DNA of 64,000 bases, taken from an uncultured Nitrososphaeraceae archaeon. Lineage in GTDB: Archaea > Thermoproteota > Nitrososphaeria > Nitrososphaerales > Nitrososphaeraceae. Position 1 is the first letter of the stretch. The number at the start of each line of letters is the position of its first letter. The stretch covers positions 32,001 to 96,000 of the forward strand of contig CAVSMN010000016.1 of NCBI GenBank assembly GCA_963729045.1, written 5' to 3'. The notes beneath the pieces are model-generated. The model worked only from the letters and a program-made list of their open reading frames with translations, did not search any database and was not told where the DNA came from. Positions 55,921 through 64,000 of this stretch are shown in pieces. The position numbers and the translations under genes are program-made.

Positions 55921-56922
55921 CTATTTTGAAAAAATAGTCCCAGCCGGTATAATCGAATCTGGTGGAATCTTGCGACCAGGGAGGATTATTACTGATGCGC
56001 CTATAGAACTATTATTAGAAACTACTGCACCAAAATGATTTCTCCCCGTATCTATTAATTCGTTATTGATTCTGTATTGGACATTTTTTCTGGTAAGTAA
56101 AACGTTCGCAGTTCCTGAGTAACCGCCAAACCAAACGTTCTTTCCTACTATGCTATCCAAAATTACATTATGATGGGAAATTTTTGCATTACCTGCAAAG
56201 TAAGTCTTACCGATTTCACAGTTAAAGCCAATATTTGTATTGTAATCAAGCATACTATTGCGGATTAACGATCCCATGCCGATAAAGCTACCATTACCGA
56301 TATAAGACGGTCCCTTAATCTTTGCGAAATCATCTATTACAACATTGTCTTCTATGATACATGGACCTTCAATAATCGCAGTTTTTGCGATTGTTGCTTT
56401 ATTGGAAATAATGGAAAATGTTACCTCGTTTTTTAGGAGTTCCTGTATGATATCTAAAAATTCCCACGGGTACTGAAATTTGTAATATTCAATACTTTTT
56501 CTAGTAGACCTCTTTCCTATGACTGTATTACATGGGAGAAACAACAAGTTGTTGTTTGTAATGAGTGTATTTTGTTGAATATGATTGTTGGAGTTTCCAT
56601 TGTTGTTTTTCTCGGTGACTTCGAATTCATTAGGAACACTTAATTCCCTTTTTATTAATTTACCGTAAGTATTTTCATCAATTTCCTCTACTGGTATATC
56701 TGTGGTAGCTTTTATGATGCTTGAAATAAAATTTAGTTTTTTGGGAACGAATACAGTCTCTAAATCATACAAAGAATTAATCAATTCTACGTTCCTTGTG
56801 ATCAGTGCTCTTCCAAAAAGGTATAAAGAACAATTTGAAGGGATAGAACTATCAACTTCACTTTCGTTATAATCTAAGAATGAATAGGAAGTGGATGAGG
56901 ATTGCAAAAATACTATTTTCAT
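55921..56922 (-). CDS. GlmU-like left-handed beta-helix (hexapeptide) protein with degenerate nucleotidyltransferase N-terminus
   Basis: YPWEFL, IEGPCII, IKGPSYIG, DSIVG.NVWFG, FGAVV, ILPGRKI; no GxGTR motif. Confidence 0.78.
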   Translation of the reverse strand: MKIVFLQSSSTSYSFLDYNESEVDSSIPSNCSLYLFGRALITRNVELINSLYDLETVFVPKKLNFISSIIKATTDIPVEEIDENTYGKLIKRELSVPNEFEVTEKNNNGNSNNHIQQNTLITNNNLLFLPCNTVIGKRSTRKSIEYYKFQYPWEFLDIIQELLKNEVTFSIISNKATIAKTAIIEGPCIIEDNVVIDDFAKIKGPSYIGNGSFIGMGSLIRNSMLDYNTNIGFNCEIGKTYFAGNAKISHHNVILDSIVGKNVWFGGYSGTANVLLTRKNVQYRINNELIDTGRNHFGAVVSNNSSIGASVIILPGRKIPPDSIIPAGTIFSK

Positions 56923-57035
56923 TATACCTGCTATCTCTTTTGTAAATTAATATAATTAGATTTTGGAACAAGTTTCATAAGTTTTTACTGCGGAAATAAT
57001 AGCAGTTAACTGATATGGAAGAATTTGATATAAAT

Positions 57036-58022
57036 TTAATACTTATGTTTTGATATTTTTCTTGCTTCAATGAGATCAAGGAAGTAAAACAAGTAAGTCC
57101 TCTCATTAACTTTTAGAATCCATGGAATAAATGCCTCTTTTTTTGTCCTGAGAGTAACTTCGAAACCTTTTTTTTCCAAGGTTGAACGCAATATCTCGTC
57201 ATTCATATTTCTATTGTAAACTATCTCTCGATTGTAATCGTAAGGGGTGGTTGTAATAAACAGAGAATGCGGCTTTAAGAGATGATGTATCTTGGGCAAG
57301 AGGTCATCAACAGGCATGAACTCGACAATATTCAACCCAAATATCAGATCAAAGGTTTGATTTCTGAAAGGTAAATCCAAAATATCAGATACTATGAACT
57401 CCATATTGGTTACTCCTTGTTCTTTTGTCTTTTTCTTTGCTTCCCGAATGAAAGAAAATGATGAATCTATCCCAAAGACAAATGAAAATTTTTTTGCTAA
57501 TTCCATCGTGGATAATCCTAGGGCACATCCCAAGTCTAAGGCAATTCCCTCAGGATTGAAAGGAATATTTGAAGTCAGTTTTCGATAAACGTCAGATGGT
57601 TTTATTTTCCATCTCATAAGAAGGAGAAATTTATCACTTTCAAAATTTTCGTTGTGAAGCCATTTGTAACTCTGAAAATATAAACCGTCTTCCTCATATC
57701 GGTCTTCTTTTTGATGATTTTTGTCGATATCCAACGATAAATTTTTTAAAAAAGTCTTCATCTCTGCGCTTTTAGCATTTGAAAACCATTTACCAAAAGT
57801 TGACACTCGTTTTGAGGCATATTTTACGATATCGCTCATTATTATTGCAATTCCATCGATTATGGGAAATTTTTTTTTACACTCTGGACATATAAGGAAT
57901 CCTTCAAAGCACTCATTCTCATCCAAAGGATCGATTATATAACTTTGTAAATACAAGGGATATTTTTTTTCAACATGATTAATACAATAAAAAAATTTAA
58001 AATTTAAAAGGGAAGTTTTCAA
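57036..58022 (-). CDS. Class I SAM-dependent methyltransferase with N-terminal Trm112-like Zn-ribbon
   Basis: EGFLICPECKKKFPIIDGIAII, then ALDLGCALG, GIDSS, DILDLPF..QTFDLI, TTPYD; probable TTG start at 58022 within ORF 57036..58082. Confidence 0.8.
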   Translation of the reverse strand: MKTSLLNFKFFYCINHVEKKYPLYLQSYIIDPLDENECFEGFLICPECKKKFPIIDGIAIIMSDIVKYASKRVSTFGKWFSNAKSAEMKTFLKNLSLDIDKNHQKEDRYEEDGLYFQSYKWLHNENFESDKFLLLMRWKIKPSDVYRKLTSNIPFNPEGIALDLGCALGLSTMELAKKFSFVFGIDSSFSFIREAKKKTKEQGVTNMEFIVSDILDLPFRNQTFDLIFGLNIVEFMPVDDLLPKIHHLLKPHSLFITTTPYDYNREIVYNRNMNDEILRSTLEKKGFEVTLRTKKEAFIPWILKVNERTYLFYFLDLIEARKISKHKY

Positions 58023-58318
58023 TGATCTTATTTTTTTGCATTCTATTATAGATGTTTGTCTAAATCTGCATAAATTACCCAAGTGAAATATCCTATTCAG
58101 AACAGTTAGATGCCTGCAGGTATGAGTATGCTATATTAGCAGGATCAAGAAAAAGCGATAATGCGAAATCTACAAGGTATGTTAAGAAATTAATTATTCC
58201 TTTAAGAAAATAGAAATCATGAAATAAATTAAGTTTGATCTCATGACCTTTGAATTATTGATCAATTCCAATTTGACTAATAATTCATTCAGTCGTTCAA
58301 TCAAATCATAGTGTCTCT

Positions 58319-59545
58319 TTATTTCAATATGTAAGGTAGTGCGATGGAGAGGACCACAATCAATACCATTCCGTATGTTAGTATTTTCGATGCATGTTTA
58401 ATAATTCCCTTTTTGTTTTGAGTTTTCTTATCTATCAATGTATTATATAGCTGACCTCCATCCAGAGGGCCAATTGGCAATGCGTTAAAAATTGCTACAT
58501 TGAAATTTATGAACCAAAGCCAGAAAAATAGGCTAGCAGGTATCGTGTAATATGAGCCAAATATGGGAGATGTGTATTTGTCGGCCATAAAGTCAGAATA
58601 AGGTACCATACCTTGTACAAATGTCGGTGGAGCAAGCAAACCTAATGGTGATGTATAAATCATTGAATTGTATCGATCCAATACCTCTTTTGGGTCAGCC
58701 ACTGGTGTGATGGATACTCCTAAGATTCCCTTTCCAGGCTCCCTTTGAGGGGGGAGAGTTGCCTGCTTAGTTGATTTCACTCCATTTTCATCTGCAATTC
58801 CGATCGTAACTAATTTTCCTAAATTGGCGTTTAAGTTATCATTTAGTTCCACCGGATTTCGAATCTGGTTGTTCTGAATTTGTTGTATTGTAGTCCCCTT
58901 GTCAAGGCCTATAGATTCAGCGAGAGAACCTTGATTTACATTTGTTATTACTACCCCATAGGATGCTGGATCCATAGGCTTAGTTATTACCAAAGTGGAA
59001 GTTATCAAAAGTATAACAAATAAAGAGATAGCAGCTAATACTATATTTGTCATAGGGCCTGCAGTCAATATGGAACTTTTCTGCTTAGTTGAAATCCTAT
59101 TAAGTTCGTCTCTTTCAATATTCACAAATGCCCCAATCGGTATTCCTAAAAACAATACTAGTCCGGTAGATTCAACCTTAACACCGTACACTCTAGCAAT
59201 TATTCCATGGCCAGCCTCATGAACTATAATAGTAACTACCAAAGCTACCCACCCTTCCCATATTGGCAAATAAGGGTTGAGACCAGGTATCAACAAATTG
59301 GCCTGAGGACCTACTCCACGAGCTCCCTCTCTTATTGTTTCGCTAGAAAATAGGGCAGCAACCGAGCCTATTATTAGGAATAAAGCCATAATTGTAATAA
59401 GCGGCATTAAATAAGTATTGAATTTTGCATAAAACCTTGCAGCGCTCGTCTGTGAAACCTTATCAAAGAATTTTAATCCGTACGGTGTATGAATTAATAT
59501 AAGTGGTAAATGAAGATCAAACTTTATTTTTGATTGCTGTTCCAA
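58319..59545 (-). CDS. Site-2 protease (M50) with PDZ domain
   Basis: HEAGH, AGPMTN, NALPIGPLDGG. Confidence 0.92.
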   Translation of the reverse strand: MEQQSKIKFDLHLPLILIHTPYGLKFFDKVSQTSAARFYAKFNTYLMPLITIMALFLIIGSVAALFSSETIREGARGVGPQANLLIPGLNPYLPIWEGWVALVVTIIVHEAGHGIIARVYGVKVESTGLVLFLGIPIGAFVNIERDELNRISTKQKSSILTAGPMTNIVLAAISLFVILLITSTLVITKPMDPASYGVVITNVNQGSLAESIGLDKGTTIQQIQNNQIRNPVELNDNLNANLGKLVTIGIADENGVKSTKQATLPPQREPGKGILGVSITPVADPKEVLDRYNSMIYTSPLGLLAPPTFVQGMVPYSDFMADKYTSPIFGSYYTIPASLFFWLWFINFNVAIFNALPIGPLDGGQLYNTLIDKKTQNKKGIIKHASKILTYGMVLIVVLSIALPYILK

Positions 59546-59773
59546 TTAAGTAATGTGAACATTATTATTATTTAAATGCATCATAACATACTTTTTGAAG
59601 TTTTTCATAATACTCGAGTTAGAAGAATACCCAATTTAATAGAGGCTTGTCATATTTTGACCATTTTGGACTGATCAAATGAATTACTTTTACGCCTACA
59701 AGATAATATTCTTACTTCAGACGGAAGAATAGTATTGAATGCGGCACCTAATTAGATTTATACCGTATATGTA

Positions 59774-60166
59774 TTATCCTTTTACTCGGACAATCTTTAT
59801 CCGTTCCAATACTTTCCAATACTCAACTTCGCCGCCTTGGTTGAGTTTATCTCTAATTTCATCCTCAATAGCAGAAGTTTCAAAAACTTCGAATGTTTCA
59901 AGATCCATAATCTGCAATACTTGACCAGCCACCGAGATGAGTTGTCCACTCCTCTTGTCTATAAGTGGAACTTCAACATTTGCCGAAACCGGAGCAACTA
60001 AACTGTGCCTTGAACCGTCGAAAACACCCATTGCTGCCACTCTTGCTTTTGCGGAACCATGTTTACCTGGCTTACTATGATCATAAGAAACAATTCTACA
60101 TGGTTCTCCGTCTATGATGATATAAGAACCAACCTTTAAACTACCAAGGTCCATAGGCTTACTCAA
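59774..60166 (-). CDS. eif5a: Translation factor aIF-5A
   Basis: SKPGKHGSAK hypusine loop, QIMDLET. Confidence 0.96.
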   Translation of the reverse strand: MSKPMDLGSLKVGSYIIIDGEPCRIVSYDHSKPGKHGSAKARVAAMGVFDGSRHSLVAPVSANVEVPLIDKRSGQLISVAGQVLQIMDLETFEVFETSAIEDEIRDKLNQGGEVEYWKVLERIKIVRVKG

Positions 60167-60484
60167 TAATAATCAGAAAAATTGACATGAAATGCATATT
60201 TAACAGTTATGATCATATGCTTGTTGTCCTTTGGATTTTCCTTATGATATCGTGATTTGATAGTCATATGATCAGATATTGTGAGATTAGGTGATAATTA
60301 ATCTAGTTTATGTTGGAATCTTCCCATTCGAACCATTTCATACACCTTTCAAAGTTGTCTGTAAAATCAAAGCAATTCTTGGTTCTCAGATTTTTACATC
60401 ATTATAAAAGTATGAATTACCATCCGTGCTATCAAGTGACATTAATTTAGATCTTACACCAACTCAAAAGGAGGTATTGAACGA

Positions 60485-61837
60485 TTGAAAAAGGTAATGA
60501 CGATAGCAGGTAGTGATTCATCTGCTGGCGCCGGCATACAGGCTGACATAAAGACATTTTCGGCCTTGGGTGTATACGGAACAACAATAATAACCACTCT
60601 AACTGCTCAGAATACTAAGACAATCTCTGATATTCTGGTAGTTCCGCCAAAATTTTTTAAAAATCAAATAGTTACTACATTAGAAGATATTAAGCCAGAC
60701 GTCATAAAAATAGGTGTTCTTTACAGTAAGTCAATAATAAATATTGTCAAAAGTATTTTAAAGAACTATAAGACTCCGATTGTACTTGACCCAGTCCTCT
60801 ATTCTGGGACTGGAATCAAATTATTAGACGAGCAGTCATTTGAGCAGTTTAAGAGGGGGATTATTCCATTAGCACATGTAATCACGCCTAATCTTAAGGA
60901 GGCTGAATTCCTTTCAAAAGTTAAGATATCAAACAGGCATGATATGACTAAAGCTGCATTAGAGATTTTCAAGTTAGGAGCTTCAAATATTATTATCAAA
61001 GGTGGTCATGTTACGAACAAAGATACAAAGGTAATTGACTTATTATTTACAGATAAAAACCTTGAACCACAACAAATCGTACACGAAAGGTTGAAGATTG
61101 GGGAAACTCATGGCACCGGATGTAACTTTTCTGCTGCTGTCGCTTCCTTTTTAGCCAAAGGGTATAATATTGGTGATTCATTCAAATTATCAAATTCGTA
61201 TGTGTACGAGGCGTTAAAAAACTCCAATCAAATCGGTGATGGGGTACTCGTCTCCAATCCTCTAGATCGCATGTATGACAATTCTGAGAAGTTCAAAGTT
61301 TTAATAGAATTGCAAGACTCTGTATCAATTTTGGAAAGAATGCCTAATTTTTTTGAACTTATACCAGAAACCAAAACAAACTTTGTGTATTCAATTGAGA
61401 AACCCAAAAATTTCGATGATATTGCTGGAGTGTTGGGCAGAGTAACTAATTTGGGAATCAATATTAGAACTCCAAATGTCATACAATTCGGAACATCTCT
61501 GCATGTATCTAACGCACTTTTGGCAGCAGCCAAATTCAACTCATTATTTAGGTCCGCCATTAATATTCGGAACAATCCAAGGATCATTAAGATTTGCAAA
61601 AATAATTTCAAGTGCTCTAATTATTCTAGAAGTAAGGAAACGGAAGAGAGTAAGAGAGTAGAAGGTTCTTCGATACAATGGGGAATTACTGAAGCATTTA
61701 AACAAGAACCAGATGCGGAGTTAGTTTATCACGATGGCGATTATGGAAAGGAGCCTATGGTTATTATGTTTGGACAAAATCCAAAGGAAGTTTTAGAAAA
61801 AATAAGTATTATTCTGCAGAACTATGTTAATAAGTAA
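60485..61837 (+). CDS. thiDN: Bifunctional HMP/HMP-P kinase and thiamine-phosphate synthase (ThiD-ThiN)
   Basis: TIAGSDSSAGAGIQAD, TAQNT, LDPV, TPN..EA, KGGH, THGTGC; ThiN part LIPE..TN, FG.S.H, RSAINIR, GKEPM. Confidence 0.93.
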   Translation: MKKVMTIAGSDSSAGAGIQADIKTFSALGVYGTTIITTLTAQNTKTISDILVVPPKFFKNQIVTTLEDIKPDVIKIGVLYSKSIINIVKSILKNYKTPIVLDPVLYSGTGIKLLDEQSFEQFKRGIIPLAHVITPNLKEAEFLSKVKISNRHDMTKAALEIFKLGASNIIIKGGHVTNKDTKVIDLLFTDKNLEPQQIVHERLKIGETHGTGCNFSAAVASFLAKGYNIGDSFKLSNSYVYEALKNSNQIGDGVLVSNPLDRMYDNSEKFKVLIELQDSVSILERMPNFFELIPETKTNFVYSIEKPKNFDDIAGVLGRVTNLGINIRTPNVIQFGTSLHVSNALLAAAKFNSLFRSAINIRNNPRIIKICKNNFKCSNYSRSKETEESKRVEGSSIQWGITEAFKQEPDAELVYHDGDYGKEPMVIMFGQNPKEVLEKISIILQNYVNK

Positions 61838-61871
61838 TATTATAAATAATGATTAATTATTCTTATTTTTT

Positions 61872-62585
61872 GTGAAAGCAGTAATATTAGCTGGTGGTCT
61901 GGGAACAAGGCTGCAACCCTATACATTCTTTATTCCAAAGCCAATGTTGCCGCTGGGCAATAAACCCTTACTTGAGTATTTGGTTGAATGGCTTATCAAT
62001 TCTAAAAAGATAAATGAGATAATTATTTGTGTGAGTTATTTGCATAGATCAATAGAAGACTACTTTGAAGACGGCACGAGGTTCGGGATAAAGATAAAAT
62101 ATTCCAGATCAGATAGACCGTTAGCCACTGCTGGACAATTGAAAACCGCTGCTACTCATTTAAAAGAACCGTTTGTTTGTCTATACGGTGATTCAGTGTA
62201 TGAATTCCCGCTTGACAAGATGATTGAAAATCATCTTGAAGATAAAGCCTTTATATCTATGGCTCTTTCAAGGTACAAAACCAATCTCAAATATGGATTC
62301 ATTGAGCTTAGTGATGATGAAAAAATGCTTGTATCTGAGTGGAAGGAGAAACCAGAAATTTCTGGATTGATAAACATAGGATGTTATGTTTTCGAACCGG
62401 AATTCTTAGATTTGATTCCAATTTCTACCTCCTTTGGAATGGACGAGGCGGTAAGAGAATCAATAAGGTCAAAAAAGAAAGTAAAGTCGTTCATAGTAGA
62501 AGAGCGGAGTTTTATGGATATTGGAGATAAGAAATCATATTTAGAGGCCTATAAATTGTATGTTAAAAAATTAGGCAAGATATAA
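61872..62585 (+). CDS. Sugar-phosphate nucleotidyltransferase
   Basis: AVILAGGLGTRLQP.T..IPKPM, YGD, EKP, INIGCY, DIG. Confidence 0.9.
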   Translation: MKAVILAGGLGTRLQPYTFFIPKPMLPLGNKPLLEYLVEWLINSKKINEIIICVSYLHRSIEDYFEDGTRFGIKIKYSRSDRPLATAGQLKTAATHLKEPFVCLYGDSVYEFPLDKMIENHLEDKAFISMALSRYKTNLKYGFIELSDDEKMLVSEWKEKPEISGLINIGCYVFEPEFLDLIPISTSFGMDEAVRESIRSKKKVKSFIVEERSFMDIGDKKSYLEAYKLYVKKLGKI

Positions 62586-62805
62586 TCATCTAAAACAAGT
62601 TTTGTACCTAAGGGATGGTATTTGCAATTGCGGTTCGGTTCAATCCTAGGAAGGGATAATACTGTCCCGTCGGTGTTAAATGATCAATATAATGGATGAT
62701 AAACTAAAGGTAGTTTTTTCAAGAATAATTCTTGAAACCGTTCATGAGAGGCAGAATGGTACAATCATTTAGCAACTAACTACCTGTCGACTAATAAGAA
62801 TTAGG

Positions 62806-63513
62806 TTAAATCGAAGGGGAAATATCAATTAGTTTTGAGATTTTGGAAAATGTCGATTCATTCATTTTGAGATTATTCATAATCGGAATTACACCCAATA
62901 TAGGTAATTTTGTATATTCTCGGATAAATGTAGGAATTTCGGCTTCAATTTGGCTTGGATGATTGGGCATTTTATTTACTACTATTCCTTTTATAGGTAT
63001 ACCACTTGATTGACAAATTTTTACATTAAGCAGTATATGATTAAATGTTCCTAGTTTCGGAGTTGCAACAATTATAACCCCAAGCTTTGTCAACTTGATA
63101 AAGTTTAGTAATGTATGCTTGTTGTTTAATGGCACCATTATTCCACCTATCCCCTCAACTAAGAGGTAGTCATATTTTTTCTGCAATAATTTGTATTTCT
63201 TAATCGCATATCTTAATGATGGAGGTGGTAAATTTAACAAGGAGCTGGCCATATGCGGTGAACAAGGTAGAGGGTAAAAATACGGGTTCAAATTCTCTTG
63301 TTTTTCCTCGAATTTAATTGCCCTGGCCAAGATAGCTAGGTCTTTAGATCTGAACTTTTTTGAATACTCTGAAATTCCTGTAGCAAATGGTTTCATAACA
63401 CAAATTTTGGTAATAATCTTGGAGAATTTCCATGCTAGAGAGGCAGTTATCAATGTTTTTCCAATTCCAGTATCAGTCCCAGTTACAAAGATACCTTCGG
63501 ACAAGTTACTCAA
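62806..63513 (-). CDS. bioD: Dethiobiotin synthase
   Basis: FVTGTDTGIGKT, KPFATG, SPHMA, VEGIGG..VPL, LGTFNH. Confidence 0.93.
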   Translation of the reverse strand: MSNLSEGIFVTGTDTGIGKTLITASLAWKFSKIITKICVMKPFATGISEYSKKFRSKDLAILARAIKFEEKQENLNPYFYPLPCSPHMASSLLNLPPPSLRYAIKKYKLLQKKYDYLLVEGIGGIMVPLNNKHTLLNFIKLTKLGVIIVATPKLGTFNHILLNVKICQSSGIPIKGIVVNKMPNHPSQIEAEIPTFIREYTKLPILGVIPIMNNLKMNESTFSKISKLIDISPSI

Positions 63514-64000
63514 TCATAAGATCAAGTCGGATTAAATAGTTTGCTAAGTATGAACAGTACTTCCATTTTAGATTCCATCTCATATCATCTTATATCCCAT
63601 ACGGTATGGTAAATTACTTCGTCGCTAAATCCTCGTCTTTAACTCAAATCAAATTCATTAACGGAGGATGAATTTGGAAATTCAAATGCAAAAAAATTGG
63701 AGAATGTTTAAAAAACAGACTCAGTGCTCTGACAATCCTTTTTGCCTATTTTGGGGTAGTCGACCTAAAACCAAATTTCAAAGGTAATCTATTATAATTG
63801 CCATGTCCTGTCAAAGAATTCTGAGAATAATTATTACATTTCCAATGAATCTGTTTAGATAGAAGGTTAAATCTATATTAAAAGATGGTCATTTCAGTTA
63901 TTAGATATTGACAGGTAATATGATGGGGCAATTTACTGAAATTGAAAAGGAGATTTTTTACAAAATAATTCTCTCCCGTCGGGACGTAAGGAGGAACTTT

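Noticed and set aside
60210..60275. 10-bp inverted repeat TGATCATATG...CATATGATCA between eif5a and thiDN; possible TPP riboswitch
   Set aside because: No TPP aptamer consensus seen; repeat too short to support a call
1050..62530. Numerous antisense or overlapping ORFs in the track (e.g. 9698..10063, 27351..27758, 29591..30037, 42186..42536)
   Set aside because: Shadow frames of well-supported genes
62615..62660. tRNA-like GGTTCAATCC element
   Set aside because: No T-stem pairing or cloverleaf could be built
63970..64000. GC-richer end (GAGGAAC) as start of RNase P RNA
   Set aside because: Truncated by the window edge; too little sequence to support

Overview
AT-rich archaeal DNA, most consistent with a soil ammonia-oxidising archaeon (Nitrososphaeraceae, Nitrosocosmicus-like). 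This is inferred from class I LysRS, aIF-5A, the archaeal aroA'/aroB' shikimate cluster, cofG/cofH, ThiD-ThiN and a DUF6659-like protein. About 1-23 kb is an accessory region. It holds five dispersed ebo/SCO3242-type genes (TatD-like hydrolase, two TIM-barrel isomerases, UbiA prenyltransferase, alkaline-phosphatase-family protein), a family of small secreted Gln/Asn/Gly/Ser-rich ~47-aa repeat proteins (two intact, one degraded; candidate functional amyloid), a secreted His-lined NHL propeller, an HTH/coiled-coil gene with promoter repeats, and Zn-finger microproteins below the ORF-track cutoff. About 23-64 kb is mostly housekeeping: lysS, elp3, purM, citrate synthase, nadE, aromatic amino acid cluster (interrupted by an orphan DNA methyltransferase and tatC), ilvC, cofGH, egtD, nadM, metG, cysS, aIF-5A, thiDN, bioD. 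Many genes, including essential ones, carry small frameshifts, most likely sequencing/assembly indels. No rRNA, tRNA, CRISPR array or transposase was recognised. All functional calls come from motif recognition by eye, not database searches.
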